64,000 nt of DNA. It comes from a bacterium (lineage in GTDB: Bacteria; SAR324; XYD2-FULL-50-16). Below are positions 28,071-37,763 of this stretch, one piece after another. Below the pieces are notes generated by a model. That model was not told the origin of the DNA. It saw only the letters and a program-made list of their open reading frames with translations, and searched no databases. The DNA is taken from contig JAVVEA010000005.1 of the NCBI GenBank assembly GCA_032250835.1, forward strand, positions 64,001 to 128,000, given 5' to 3'. The translations under genes were made by a program, and so were the position numbers. Within the stretch, counting starts at the first letter, position 1, and each line of letters begins with the position of its first letter.

Positions 28071-30236
28071 TTAAGCGGGATTTTTAGACCGGCCATCTAG
28101 CACCTGACGCACCAGATTGACGAACTCGGCCGGACGGTGGGGGCTTTTTTGTAAAACCGCGCTGACATTGCTTTTTAGTTGCTTATAGTCAGAGGCATCT
28201 AAATCTTTTGCCGTCAAAATCAAAATCGGGATTTCGGCAGTCTTGGGGTCGGCCCAGAGCGCTTGGGCCATTTCAAATCCGCTACGTCCAGGCATCATCA
28301 AGTCCAAGACCACCAAATCAGGCGGGGTTTCTTTTAACATTTCTAAACCCTGGTTGACGCTGGTCGCCGTAAAAACTTGGTGCCCCTGTTCGCGCAGCAG
28401 CTCCCCAAAGAGTGTCTGGATGTTGTTTTCATGGTCCACAATCAGCACCTTCTCGGCCAAACCGCCCCGGCGAGCGATCCCAAATTTTGATAACGCTTGG
28501 ATCAGTTCGGGACGATTTAAGGGCTTCGGTAAGATCAAGGTCGCTTGGTCTTTAGGGGCTGATTCTTCGCTCAGGTGGCTGACCACCAAGACCGGCGTGT
28601 TCGTTAAGCTGGGTTCGGCGCGTAGCCTCTGGAGCAGGTCCCACCCATCTCGGTCAGGCAGCCGAATATCTAAGCTGATCAAATCGGGGCGGTGGCGTTT
28701 GGCTAAATCAAACCCTTCAAGGGCGCTCGCCGCTTGTAAAGCCACAAAGCCCAGTTGCTCAAATTCTTGGCGGATTTGTTCGCGATCCTCGGCGGTGTCT
28801 TCAATCAGCAAAACCAATTGACGGCCCGAAAAATCGACTTCCCCAGCAGGTTTTTGCCTCGATAGCAGTTCCGCAGGCGGGAAGACGCCCGGCAACATCA
28901 CCGAGAAGCGGCTTCCCTGAAGGGGTTTGCTTTGGAGTTCCACAAAACCGCCCATATGCTTGACAATACGCTGCACCAAAGCCAAGCCCAGACCGGTACC
29001 CGCGAAGCGCTTGGTGTAAGGTTGCTCCAGCTGAACAAAGGGTTGGTAGAGTTTGATTTGGTCTTCAGGCGCGATGCCGATGCCCGTATCACGCACCCAA
29101 AACTCAAGCCAACCTTCTTGAGGCCCCAGACTAGGAGCCTGACCCAAACGCTCATGCCACCTGACGCCCAGTTCAACCTCGCCGTGATCGGTGAATTTGA
29201 CGGCATTGCTCAAGAGATTGAGTAACACCTGCCGCAATAGGTTGGGGTCATACCAAAAATCGACCTGCAACTGCCGGTCATTTGGCTGCGTTACCGAGAG
29301 CTTAAGCCCCTTAGACTCGGCCTGACCGCGCAGGTGAGAGGCGCAGTAGTCCAACAGCTGATCCACCCTGAGCACCGCTGGCTGAGCATGCAACTGACCG
29401 GCTTCTATTTTGGAAAGGTCTAAGAGATCGTTGACTAGGTTTAAGAGATGTTCGCCGCTTTGGTTGATGTTGTTGACGAACTCTCGCTGTGTGTCGGACA
29501 ATTCACCGCCCAAGCCGCTGAGCATGATTTCCGAAAAGCCGTTGATGGAATTAAGCGGGGTGCGGATCTCATGGCTCATGTTGGCCAAAAACAAGCTTTT
29601 TTGGCGGTTCGCCGCTTCGCTCAATTCAACCATCCGGCGCGACTGCTCGCCAAAACGCTGCATCAGCCAAAACAACAAGCCCCCGAAGAGGGCCACTAAG
29701 CCCAAGAGAAACAAAACAGCATGACCGATCTGGCGCTTGCTCCTTTCAATGGCCATCTGCAATTTGGTTTCGACCAAATCGGCCTGCTCGATCAAGCGCT
29801 CGTAGGTAAGGTCAAATTCTTGGTCCAACTCAGAGCCAATCCCGCTAGTTGAAGCGGCGTTCCAGCGTTGCTGGGCCAGCTTGCGGAACTGGGCCAAAAG
29901 CACTTGGGTGGCCTTAACCTCCTGGATCACCGGCTCGTCGCCTGAAGCGACAAAACGCCCCTCAAAGTTGTCGCCCCCTTGGAGCATCGCCTGGGCATAC
30001 CAGTCGGCCTGATCGAGCATATCCCAAACAATCTCAACCGAGCGGCTTTGGTCCCCGCTCAGGACTTCCTCCAGCCAAAGGTGGGCGGTGGTGACCTTTA
30101 GCTGGATCTCCATGGCTGCGTCCACCAAGGGCGCGTGTTTAGAAAGAACGGATTGGGCCAGCCAAAAACCGCTAAGGATGAGCAGGAAGATCCCCGCAAA
30201 TAGCGATGCGGCAATGAGTCGATACCGATTTAGCAT
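28071..30236 (-). CDS. Hybrid sensor histidine kinase (2 TM, HisKA/HATPase, two receiver domains)
   Basis: FLANMSHEIRTPL H-box, NLLSNAVKFT, DTGIGI, GTGLGL; two REC domains. Confidence 0.93.
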   Translation of the reverse strand: MLNRYRLIAASLFAGIFLLILSGFWLAQSVLSKHAPLVDAAMEIQLKVTTAHLWLEEVLSGDQSRSVEIVWDMLDQADWYAQAMLQGGDNFEGRFVASGDEPVIQEVKATQVLLAQFRKLAQQRWNAASTSGIGSELDQEFDLTYERLIEQADLVETKLQMAIERSKRQIGHAVLFLLGLVALFGGLLFWLMQRFGEQSRRMVELSEAANRQKSLFLANMSHEIRTPLNSINGFSEIMLSGLGGELSDTQREFVNNINQSGEHLLNLVNDLLDLSKIEAGQLHAQPAVLRVDQLLDYCASHLRGQAESKGLKLSVTQPNDRQLQVDFWYDPNLLRQVLLNLLSNAVKFTDHGEVELGVRWHERLGQAPSLGPQEGWLEFWVRDTGIGIAPEDQIKLYQPFVQLEQPYTKRFAGTGLGLALVQRIVKHMGGFVELQSKPLQGSRFSVMLPGVFPPAELLSRQKPAGEVDFSGRQLVLLIEDTAEDREQIRQEFEQLGFVALQAASALEGFDLAKRHRPDLISLDIRLPDRDGWDLLQRLRAEPSLTNTPVLVVSHLSEESAPKDQATLILPKPLNRPELIQALSKFGIARRGGLAEKVLIVDHENNIQTLFGELLREQGHQVFTATSVNQGLEMLKETPPDLVVLDLMMPGRSGFEMAQALWADPKTAEIPILILTAKDLDASDYKQLKSNVSAVLQKSPHRPAEFVNLVRQVLDGRSKNPA

Positions 30237-30333
30237 GGGATCCTTTAAATCATCGGAACATTCCAGCCACAGTATAAACGAAACCGGACAAGCTTTCTAG
30301 GGTAAAGAGGATTGCCGTAGAACAACTTGGATT

Positions 30334-30750
30334 TTAGATGTGGTACATAACGTTTTCCAGCAGGGCTTGCTGGCGGAGAATCAAATCGGCCAAGGTGATG
30401 GAAAAATCCTTACGGATCTTTTCTTCGGTTTGTTTGAAGAGTTCGTTGATCGCGTCTAGGCCGCTGGTTGAATCTCCCGAAAGCTGCACACCGCCTTCTA
30501 AGATGTCGACCAAGTCCAAGACGGTGACCTTTGCGGGGTCTTGGGCTAGTTGGTAACCGCCTTTTTTGCCACGGACCGAAGAGACGATTCCGGCATTTAC
30601 CAGACGGTTAAAAATTTGCTCAAGATATTGGCGGGGTATGTTTTTTGAGGAGGCAATATCCTTGATCTGCACCAACCCACCCCCGTGGTTTTCCCCCAGG
30701 GCGAGCACCGCCAAGATTCCGTATCTACATTTGCTGCTGATCGACAACAT
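30334..30750 (-). CDS. Rrf2-family transcriptional regulator (CymR-like, no Fe-S cysteine triad)
   Basis: IPRQYLEQIF...SVRGKKGGYQLA...LEG; lacks the C-terminal IscR Cys ligands. Confidence 0.9.
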   Translation of the reverse strand: MLSISSKCRYGILAVLALGENHGGGLVQIKDIASSKNIPRQYLEQIFNRLVNAGIVSSVRGKKGGYQLAQDPAKVTVLDLVDILEGGVQLSGDSTSGLDAINELFKQTEEKIRKDFSITLADLILRQQALLENVMYHI

Positions 30751-30763
30751 GCCAACTCCTTTT

Positions 30764-30801
30764 ACATGATCAGAATACTCTAATTTAACTGATCACGTCA
30801 A
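30764..30801 (-). promoter_or_regulatory. Promoter with an inverted repeat upstream of the Rrf2 gene
   Basis: Minus strand TTGACG-N18-TATTCT overlapped by TGATCAG...CTGATCA arms. Confidence 0.5.
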
Positions 30802-30804
30802 TTT

Positions 30805-31287
30805 TTACACTTTCTGACTGGACCGACGCCGCTGGTCGGCAACGGCTTTGACTCGCTCACCTAGCTCCCAAAGCTCTTTTTCTTCGTCTGTCTCAACTAG
30901 AAGCGGCGGGATCGGCTGGGGTTGGCCTGCTTCGTTGAGTGCTACGAAGTTAAAGAGCCCGGTATTGCTAAGGACCTTTGCTTTTCGGTGCTGTACATCC
31001 TGGCAAAACACATCCACCTTGATCACCATAGAGCTGCGCCCGGTGTGGATCACCCGCGCGACGATGTCTAAGACATCGCCGACCTTAGGCGAATGGGAAA
31101 AGTCCAAGCTCTCTACCGAAGCCGTGACCGCCGGAAAACCGGCGTAACGAAAGGCTGCATAATAGCTAACTTTGTCCATCCAGGCCAACAACCGCCCCCC
31201 GAAAAGGGATTGGAAGTGATTGCTGTCTTCGGGGAAGACAATTTCAATGGTGCTGACCGGTTCGGCTTTTTTTAAACTTTGGGTCAT
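30805..31287 (-). CDS. Acyl-CoA thioesterase (hotdog fold, YciA-like)
   Basis: PEDSNHFQSLFGGRLLAWMD, VTASVE, GRSSM. Confidence 0.9.
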   Translation of the reverse strand: MTQSLKKAEPVSTIEIVFPEDSNHFQSLFGGRLLAWMDKVSYYAAFRYAGFPAVTASVESLDFSHSPKVGDVLDIVARVIHTGRSSMVIKVDVFCQDVQHRKAKVLSNTGLFNFVALNEAGQPQPIPPLLVETDEEKELWELGERVKAVADQRRRSSQKV

Positions 31288-31291
31288 GCCT

Positions 31292-32566
31292 TTAATTCGA
31301 GATGGGGTTAAGCTCCCAGGGGTAATCGATGAATACAGTAGTCGCCGTCCCTTCTTCGCCGACGGCTACGTCAAAACGATAGACCAGACCGGAGATCACC
31401 GCGCGTAATCCTGCGCCTATTGAAGATTTCATATTTGAGTTGAGTTCGTCCACTCTATCGGACACGGTCCCCCGTTCGGCAAAGAAGGCGAACTGGAAGA
31501 TGGTGCGGATGCCGCCTAAAACCCAAAAGTTAATGGGTTTTTCTTCATCCGAGAAGTTCAACCGATACTCGACCCCTTGGAACATGGCGTTACCCGCCCG
31601 GAAGCGGCTCTGCGGGTAGGCCCGCATTTGGTTGGTGCCGCCTAAAGGGTTGGCGGTGCCCCAAAGATTGGCGTCACGTTGCTCGCTCACCTGGGCCGTT
31701 TCGGCAGCATAGCAGGCTTGGTAATAGGGGCTGGCGGGGTCGCAACTCAGGCCATATTTAGCCCGCAGTTGGTCCATATCGGTGATCCCCGAGCGGGTCA
31801 CCGAAGCGTGGCTGCGGAAGGCATTGAGCACCAAGGTGTCGCCGTTAAACATAGGAATATATCCGGTGTAATTCCAACTGGTCACAAAATAGTCGGAGCT
31901 ATCTGGATTGGTTACTTGGGGGTCATCGATGCGCACCCCCATCCGGTAGCCTTTGCGCGGGTCTAAGCGGTGGTCGGTCAGGTCCAAGATCAACCCGTAG
32001 TTTTTGCCCTGGCTAGAGCGCACGCTGTTGTCGATGCTGGCAAATTCATTGCCGTCGGCGTCAAAGACTTTGGTCAACTGACTCTTAAAGTCACCGAGTT
32101 GATAAAAGCCTTCGATCCGTCCGTCCCAAAGACGCAGCTTCAGTTTGGCGAAATTGCCCCAGCTATGCGCTTGGGGTTGGATGTATAGTTCCGGGTCCGA
32201 ATCGATGCCTCGATTGAAGCTCTTAAAGGGAATCTCCCCGTCAAAATGCCCGGTGGAAAGCCAGAGCTTGTCGGTAAAAAGCGGGAGTTGGTCGACCAGA
32301 TAAACCAGCAGGTCAAAGTCCCCGCCCGGTGCCGACTGAACCACCATGGCATCGGTGGATTGATAGAAGTTACTGGCCAACCCGGTAAAGGTCATGGACT
32401 GGCCGATCCCCTCAATGGCGATAGGCGTCGGCGCGGCCATCCAGCCGAAACTATCCTGGTACATCATGCCGCGCCGCTCGGGCACATAGTCCTGGGGCTC
32501 CCAGGCCGAAGCAGTACCGACCAGACACAACCAGAACCCAGCCAACCCAACGATTCGTTTCCACAT
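31292..32566 (-). CDS. Outer-membrane beta-barrel protein, Omp85/BamA-TamA-like, without POTRA domains
   Basis: Signal peptide; LGGTNQMRAYPQSRFRAGN (loop-6 RG/AY motif), VEYR, GAGLR. Confidence 0.65.
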   Translation of the reverse strand: MWKRIVGLAGFWLCLVGTASAWEPQDYVPERRGMMYQDSFGWMAAPTPIAIEGIGQSMTFTGLASNFYQSTDAMVVQSAPGGDFDLLVYLVDQLPLFTDKLWLSTGHFDGEIPFKSFNRGIDSDPELYIQPQAHSWGNFAKLKLRLWDGRIEGFYQLGDFKSQLTKVFDADGNEFASIDNSVRSSQGKNYGLILDLTDHRLDPRKGYRMGVRIDDPQVTNPDSSDYFVTSWNYTGYIPMFNGDTLVLNAFRSHASVTRSGITDMDQLRAKYGLSCDPASPYYQACYAAETAQVSEQRDANLWGTANPLGGTNQMRAYPQSRFRAGNAMFQGVEYRLNFSDEEKPINFWVLGGIRTIFQFAFFAERGTVSDRVDELNSNMKSSIGAGLRAVISGLVYRFDVAVGEEGTATTVFIDYPWELNPISN

Positions 32567-32589
32567 CTTTTTTTAGACCGGTTATATAT

Positions 32590-34029
32590 CTATTGAGCCT
32601 CCAAAGCCCGCTGGACCATATGGACGCAGCGCTCTTTACCGAAAATATCGGCCACCAAGGGCAACTCGGGGCCATGCTCCACTAAGGTGATCGCTAAGCG
32701 CATCGGCACCCAGAGGGCTTTTCCCTTTTGGCCCGAAGCCTTCTGCACCGCCTTCATCACTTGACCGAAGTTTTCGGCATTGAGCTGCTCTAGTGAAGCG
32801 ACTTCTTCTAAGAAAGCCCGGTAGACGGCCTTGCTTTCTTCGGTTTTGATGGTCGCTAAAAGTGCGGGGTCTTTGACTTGGGCCTGATCGTTTAAAAACA
32901 ATTCAAGTCGGTCGGCAATGTCAGACAAGAGCACCAAAGAGTCGCGGCTGACCTCGACCATCTTCGCCAATTGTTCGGCTGGCAGAGCTTTGGCGGCTTC
33001 AGGAAGGTAGGGAGCCAGCAGTTCCATCAGTTCCTCTAAGCTTTTCAGCTTTATATGCTGCTGGTTCATCCAACCTAACTTTTGTAGGTCAAAAACCGAG
33101 CCCGCCTTGCCCACTCGGGACATACTGAACTCTTTAACCAGCTCGTCCATGCTGAAGATTTCCCGCTCGTCCCCAGGGTTCCAGCCCAAGAGCGCCACAA
33201 AATTAACCAACCCTTCCTTCAGGTAGCCTTTATCGCGGAAGTCTTCGGTGGCTACGTCTCCCTGGCGCTTGCTCAGCTTGCTGCGGTCCGGGTTGAGCAA
33301 TAGCGGCAGATGATAAAACTTCGGCGGCTCCCAACCAAAATACTCATATAGTTGTAAATGTTTCGGCGTCGAGGGCAACCATTCTTCCCCACGGATCACG
33401 TCGGTGATCTGCATCAAGTGATCGTCCACCACGCTGGCCAAGTGGTAGGTCGGGAACCCGTCGGTTTTTAAGATCACCTGGTCATCAATCTGGGAAGGGG
33501 CAAAGCGCACCTGACCGCGGACTTGATCGTCTATATAATAGTCCCCTTTAGAGTGGATGATTTTCATCCGCACCACATAGGGCATGCCCGCGTCCAGCTT
33601 TTCGGTTACCTCGCCTGGCTGCAACCGGCGGCAGCGGCCATCGTAGCGGGTCGGCTGCTTGCGCTTTAGTTGTTGCTCGCGCATTTCGGTTAGTTCTTCT
33701 TCACTGCAAAAACATGGGTAGGCATGCCCTGCGTCCACCAACTGGTCTACATGCTGGCGGTAAAGCTCTAGGCGCTCGCTCTGCACATAGGGGCCCAGCT
33801 CGCCGCCTTGGGTGGGGCCTTCATCAAAGGTGATCCCCGCCCACTCTAAGGAGCGGATTAGGTTTTCTTCGGCTCCTTCGACCTTGCGGCTCTGGTCGGT
33901 GTCCTCAAATCGCAGGATCAGCTTACCCCCCAAAGAGCGCGCAAACAAAAAATTAAAGAGACAGGTGCGCAAACCGCCGACGTGCAAAAAACCAGTCGGG
34001 CTAGGAGCAAAGCGAACGCGTGGGGCCAT
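32590..34029 (-). CDS. gltX: Glutamate--tRNA ligase
   Basis: RFAPSPTGFLHVG, KLSKR, PTYHLASVVDD; start at MAPRVR. Confidence 0.97.
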   Translation of the reverse strand: MAPRVRFAPSPTGFLHVGGLRTCLFNFLFARSLGGKLILRFEDTDQSRKVEGAEENLIRSLEWAGITFDEGPTQGGELGPYVQSERLELYRQHVDQLVDAGHAYPCFCSEEELTEMREQQLKRKQPTRYDGRCRRLQPGEVTEKLDAGMPYVVRMKIIHSKGDYYIDDQVRGQVRFAPSQIDDQVILKTDGFPTYHLASVVDDHLMQITDVIRGEEWLPSTPKHLQLYEYFGWEPPKFYHLPLLLNPDRSKLSKRQGDVATEDFRDKGYLKEGLVNFVALLGWNPGDEREIFSMDELVKEFSMSRVGKAGSVFDLQKLGWMNQQHIKLKSLEELMELLAPYLPEAAKALPAEQLAKMVEVSRDSLVLLSDIADRLELFLNDQAQVKDPALLATIKTEESKAVYRAFLEEVASLEQLNAENFGQVMKAVQKASGQKGKALWVPMRLAITLVEHGPELPLVADIFGKERCVHMVQRALEAQ

Positions 34030-34101
34030 GAGTCTCCTGAACAATCAAGGGGTGTCAAAGTTGGACTGCTTTTTGAATAGCTAATAGAGAAATCGAGTCT
34101 A

Positions 34102-35184
34102 TTGGCAATGGGCAAAAAAGAAAACCCCCTCCCCGGGTTTTTCCTTAAACCTTACGAATCCAGAGTGTGGGGACCTATGCATCAGTATATTGAATCGGTA
34201 AGAAGCGAAACCGAAGCGGCCTCTGGCCCGGAATCTTATCTGGCCGGGGCGCTCTTTATGCGCCTGCAGCAAGCCTTTGAGTATGAGGACGACGGCGAAA
34301 ACCGCTTGGAAAGCCGTGATGGCTATGAGTTGGTCCAGCATAAAGCGATCAACTGCCTCAAAGGCCGCCATGAATTCAAGATTGCCGACGAGGTGCTCTC
34401 TTGGCAAGCTTCGCTGCTGCGCCATGTGACCCATGAGCTATACGATTGGTGGATCCAGTATAAAAACGACAAATTCCAGGCTCCGAGCTTTTTTGCCGAC
34501 GGCCAGGGCTGTATGGCCATTGAAGCGGCCTGTGAAAAGATCGGCCTGAACCCGACCGAAGAATTCACCCAGGTCTTGGAAGTAGAGCACCTGTTGGTGA
34601 AGCTAACCACCGGGCCCAACAAGATGTTGCTGGAGCTCAAGCGTTTTTGGGAATTTAAGTGGTCTAACAAAGAAGCCAAGACCTCGCCTTTTACGGCAAA
34701 ACGGATCGAAGCCGAGCGCAGCCATGTGACGCTGGCGAAGATCGCCAAAGTTTTAGACGACATCGCCGACCGCTTCGCAGGCCACGCCCGACGCCAAGCC
34801 GGCGGACATCACCTCATGTGGATCAACGCGGCCACCGAGCTACGCGCCTTGACTGCATTGCTCAAGGGCTTCTTGGATTTTGAACACCATGAAAACCTAG
34901 AATCTTCTTTAAGCCAATGGATCGACGGGCTCTTCCCGAACCGCTTGGCCGACGGCACGCCCAATCCGCTCTTCCAAAGTGAATTGCACCACGAGGTGGT
35001 CCAGAAGATGACCCAAGCGACCCAAGTATTGGTCAATTTTCTGCTAAGAAAAGACGACTCCTTTACCCGGCGTGATGAGATCATGGTGCCCTTTGTGTTG
35101 GAGAAACTTGAGGCAATCAAGCGAACTTGCTTGACTTTTCTGCCCCAAGCCGAGGTAGGAGAACAGGCGGGGACCCGCATCTAA
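34102..35184 (+). CDS. Hypothetical protein (predicted alpha-helical)
   Basis: Intact 360-aa ORF divergent from gltX; no motif recognised; start uncertain. Confidence 0.7.
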   Translation: MAMGKKENPLPGFFLKPYESRVWGPMHQYIESVRSETEAASGPESYLAGALFMRLQQAFEYEDDGENRLESRDGYELVQHKAINCLKGRHEFKIADEVLSWQASLLRHVTHELYDWWIQYKNDKFQAPSFFADGQGCMAIEAACEKIGLNPTEEFTQVLEVEHLLVKLTTGPNKMLLELKRFWEFKWSNKEAKTSPFTAKRIEAERSHVTLAKIAKVLDDIADRFAGHARRQAGGHHLMWINAATELRALTALLKGFLDFEHHENLESSLSQWIDGLFPNRLADGTPNPLFQSELHHEVVQKMTQATQVLVNFLLRKDDSFTRRDEIMVPFVLEKLEAIKRTCLTFLPQAEVGEQAGTRI

Positions 35185-35192
35185 TCAGCTGA

Positions 35193-35218
35193 ACTGGAAG
35201 GAGTTTTCTCCTTCCAGT
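35193..35218. terminator. Perfect 11-bp hairpin after the 34102-35184 gene (possible terminator or mRNA-stability hairpin)
   Basis: ACTGGAAGGAG-TTTT-CTCCTTCCAGT; no poly-U tail. Confidence 0.45.
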
Positions 35219-35267
35219 CGCAACCTGCCCGGATCACTGCGCTTTTAAAAATCACCCAGATTTTCCT

Positions 35268-35296
35268 TTGACCTGCCCCGGCAATCTGCCTATTCT
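35268..35296 (+). promoter_or_regulatory. sigma70-type promoter for the 35326 gene / fmt / hflX operon
   Basis: TTGACC-N17-TATTCT, 30 bp upstream of ATG 35326. Confidence 0.55.
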
Positions 35297-35325
35297 GGGG
35301 GTCAACTTCCACTGACCCCTGATTT

Positions 35326-36834
35326 ATGCTGCACTTTCAAGGAATCCGAACCAACCGCCAAGGTGTACCCGAACGCTATAGCGTCCGCTATGACCTAATG
35401 GCTTCGCTCGAAGCGCTCCTGGTGATCATCGAGCACCACCAAGGAGACGCTGAGGCGGTGATGGCTTCCATTGACGCCAGCCTGAACGACCACTTCCGCC
35501 ACAGCGCTCCTTTAGGCAACGCCAGAGGTGAGCACCGCCGCGCGACCGCCCAGTGGTTCCGCGCCCGCGACATGGCTCAATTCCTTTTTAAGGAACCAGC
35601 GCTGCGCCGCCTGAAGCTAAACTCCCTACGTTTATTATTGGAGCCGCGCCCCCTAGAAGATAAGTGGCAGCTGATCAAGGAAAGCTTGGTCCAAGGGATT
35701 CAGGAGCTTGAGCCCCAATTTGCTCATGCGCTCCTGCTTGAGCCCGACTCAGACCTACACCGCCTGCTCGAAACCTTGGGCCTGTTCTTTTTGGATCAAG
35801 ACCCCGAATTGCCCCCCATGAACCTTGAGATGGAGTTCCTGCGCGGCGACTTCCCCAAACGCATTTGGCGGCGCAAAGGCAACCTCAGCCCAAGCCCCAG
35901 CCCCTTCTGGCAGCCCCAGAACCGGCTTTGCGATGCGCTGGTTTTAGAGCAGCTGGTCTTAGAGCAACTCTTTGAAGAGCGGGTCCATCAGGCCTTAAGC
36001 CATGCCTATGAGCCCGAAGGGACCATCACCCAGAACACCGGACCCATCTCGCTGCGCTTTGAAGAGGAGGGACAAACCTTAGAACTGATCCCCCAAAGCC
36101 CGGCGGAAACCTTGTTGTTATTGCAGCGCGAGGTCCAACGCCAGCACAGCTTTGAAGGCAGCAAGCACCTCTTGGCCCTGATGCGGCAACTGGCCGAAGC
36201 CCAAAGCCCACAGTTCCGCTTCGACAAAAAATCCCACTTCGAACTCTTAGGCCGCCTCAAACAGGGCCAAGAAATCAGCTTGCGCCAACAGCAGCTTTTA
36301 GACGACGTCTTAGCCGCCATGAGCCGCGTCAAAGTACGCCGCCAGCAGACCCTCGAGACGATCGAAACCCCGCTATTGATGCGCTGGGCCGAGATCGAAT
36401 CCCCCCAGGGTCCCGGTGCCATAGAGCTACTCTTAGACCCGATCTTATACCACGGTCTTGGGCTGGGCCAACAGCTGCGGCTGATCCCGCGCGAGGTTTT
36501 CTTAGAAAGCACCCAGAGCCACGGCTTAATCCCCGGCCTGATGGCCTATTTGACCGGTTGGTGGTTGGTACAGTATCCTGAACGCAAAGGGGTCTTTAAC
36601 TGCCGTGCAGACAAGCTAATCGAAGCCTTTACGCTAAAAAAGTCGGCGACCCAAAAGGCCAAATTCCAAGCAAAGATCAAATCGGAACTGAAATATATGG
36701 CCGAGAAAAAATATATTGGTGCCTTTGAAGTGAGCCCCCACGCCAATCCCTTTGAAGAGGAATACCAGATCACCGCGCCGCTCGCGCTGCTGGAAACCCT
36801 GCGCCCGGTTGGGCCTGCCGCACTCAACGCCTAG
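35326..36834 (+). CDS. Hypothetical protein; C-terminal half resembles tandem winged-helix plasmid replication initiators
   Basis: Intact 502-aa ORF whose stop overlaps the fmt start; the fold call is by pattern only. Confidence 0.65.
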   Translation: MLHFQGIRTNRQGVPERYSVRYDLMASLEALLVIIEHHQGDAEAVMASIDASLNDHFRHSAPLGNARGEHRRATAQWFRARDMAQFLFKEPALRRLKLNSLRLLLEPRPLEDKWQLIKESLVQGIQELEPQFAHALLLEPDSDLHRLLETLGLFFLDQDPELPPMNLEMEFLRGDFPKRIWRRKGNLSPSPSPFWQPQNRLCDALVLEQLVLEQLFEERVHQALSHAYEPEGTITQNTGPISLRFEEEGQTLELIPQSPAETLLLLQREVQRQHSFEGSKHLLALMRQLAEAQSPQFRFDKKSHFELLGRLKQGQEISLRQQQLLDDVLAAMSRVKVRRQQTLETIETPLLMRWAEIESPQGPGAIELLLDPILYHGLGLGQQLRLIPREVFLESTQSHGLIPGLMAYLTGWWLVQYPERKGVFNCRADKLIEAFTLKKSATQKAKFQAKIKSELKYMAEKKYIGAFEVSPHANPFEEEYQITAPLALLETLRPVGPAALNA

Positions 36835-37763
36835 TGGCCAAAATTCTCTTCATGGGCACGCCGGACTTTGCCCTGCCTTGCCTGGACGCCCTGATCCATT
36901 CCCACCACCAAGTGAGCTTAGTGCTCTGCCAGCCGGACCGCAAGAAGGGCCGGGGGCATAAAATGCTCGCCCCGCCGGTCAAGGAACGCGCGCTGGCCGC
37001 TGGGATCGAGGTCTTCCAACCCGAAAAAATCCGCCACCAACCTGAGGTCTTAGCGCGCCTGCAAGCTGAAGAGGCCGACTTTTTTGTGGTCGTTGCCTAT
37101 GGGAAGATTTTGCCCCAAGAGGTCTTAGACCTGCCCAAAAAGGGTTGCATCAACGTACATGCCTCCTTATTGCCCAAATTGCGCGGCGCAGCACCGATCC
37201 AATTTAGCCTTTTAGAGGGCCACCAGCAGACCGGTGTCTGTACCATGTTGATGGACGCAGGCATGGATACCGGGGCTTTGCTGCAATGCGCCGAAACGCC
37301 TATCGGCCCCAACGAGACCGCCGAAACACTGACCCCGCGTTTGGCGGGGATGGGGGCCAAATTATTACTCGAAACCTTAGACCGCTTCGACCAACTCACG
37401 CCCCGGCCTCAAGCCGAAAGCGAAGCAACCTACGCCCGTTTGATCACCAAAGAAGACCGCCAGCTTGACTGGAGCCAACCGGCCCGCGATCTCTTCAACC
37501 GATTCCGCGCCCTTAGCCCGGTTCCGGGCGTGGTCACGCAGTTTAAAGGCAAAGGTTTGGCCCTGTTGGACTGCCGTCTGGCCAAAGGCCACGGTGCCCC
37601 TGGCGAGGTGATCGAGATCGGCCCCGAAAGCTTTAAGGTCGCTTGCGGCAGCGGAGCCTTAGAAATCGTCGAACTACGGCCAGAGTCCAAAAAGTCTCTT
37701 TCGGCACAAGATTTTACCCATGGTTACCAATTACAGATCGGCCAGATCCTGGGAGGGCAATGA
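36834..37763 (+). CDS. fmt: Methionyl-tRNA formyltransferase
   Basis: FMGTPDFA, VVAYGKIL, INVHASLLPKLRGAAPIQ, MDAGMDTG. Confidence 0.97.
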   Translation: MAKILFMGTPDFALPCLDALIHSHHQVSLVLCQPDRKKGRGHKMLAPPVKERALAAGIEVFQPEKIRHQPEVLARLQAEEADFFVVVAYGKILPQEVLDLPKKGCINVHASLLPKLRGAAPIQFSLLEGHQQTGVCTMLMDAGMDTGALLQCAETPIGPNETAETLTPRLAGMGAKLLLETLDRFDQLTPRPQAESEATYARLITKEDRQLDWSQPARDLFNRFRALSPVPGVVTQFKGKGLALLDCRLAKGHGAPGEVIEIGPESFKVACGSGALEIVELRPESKKSLSAQDFTHGYQLQIGQILGGQ

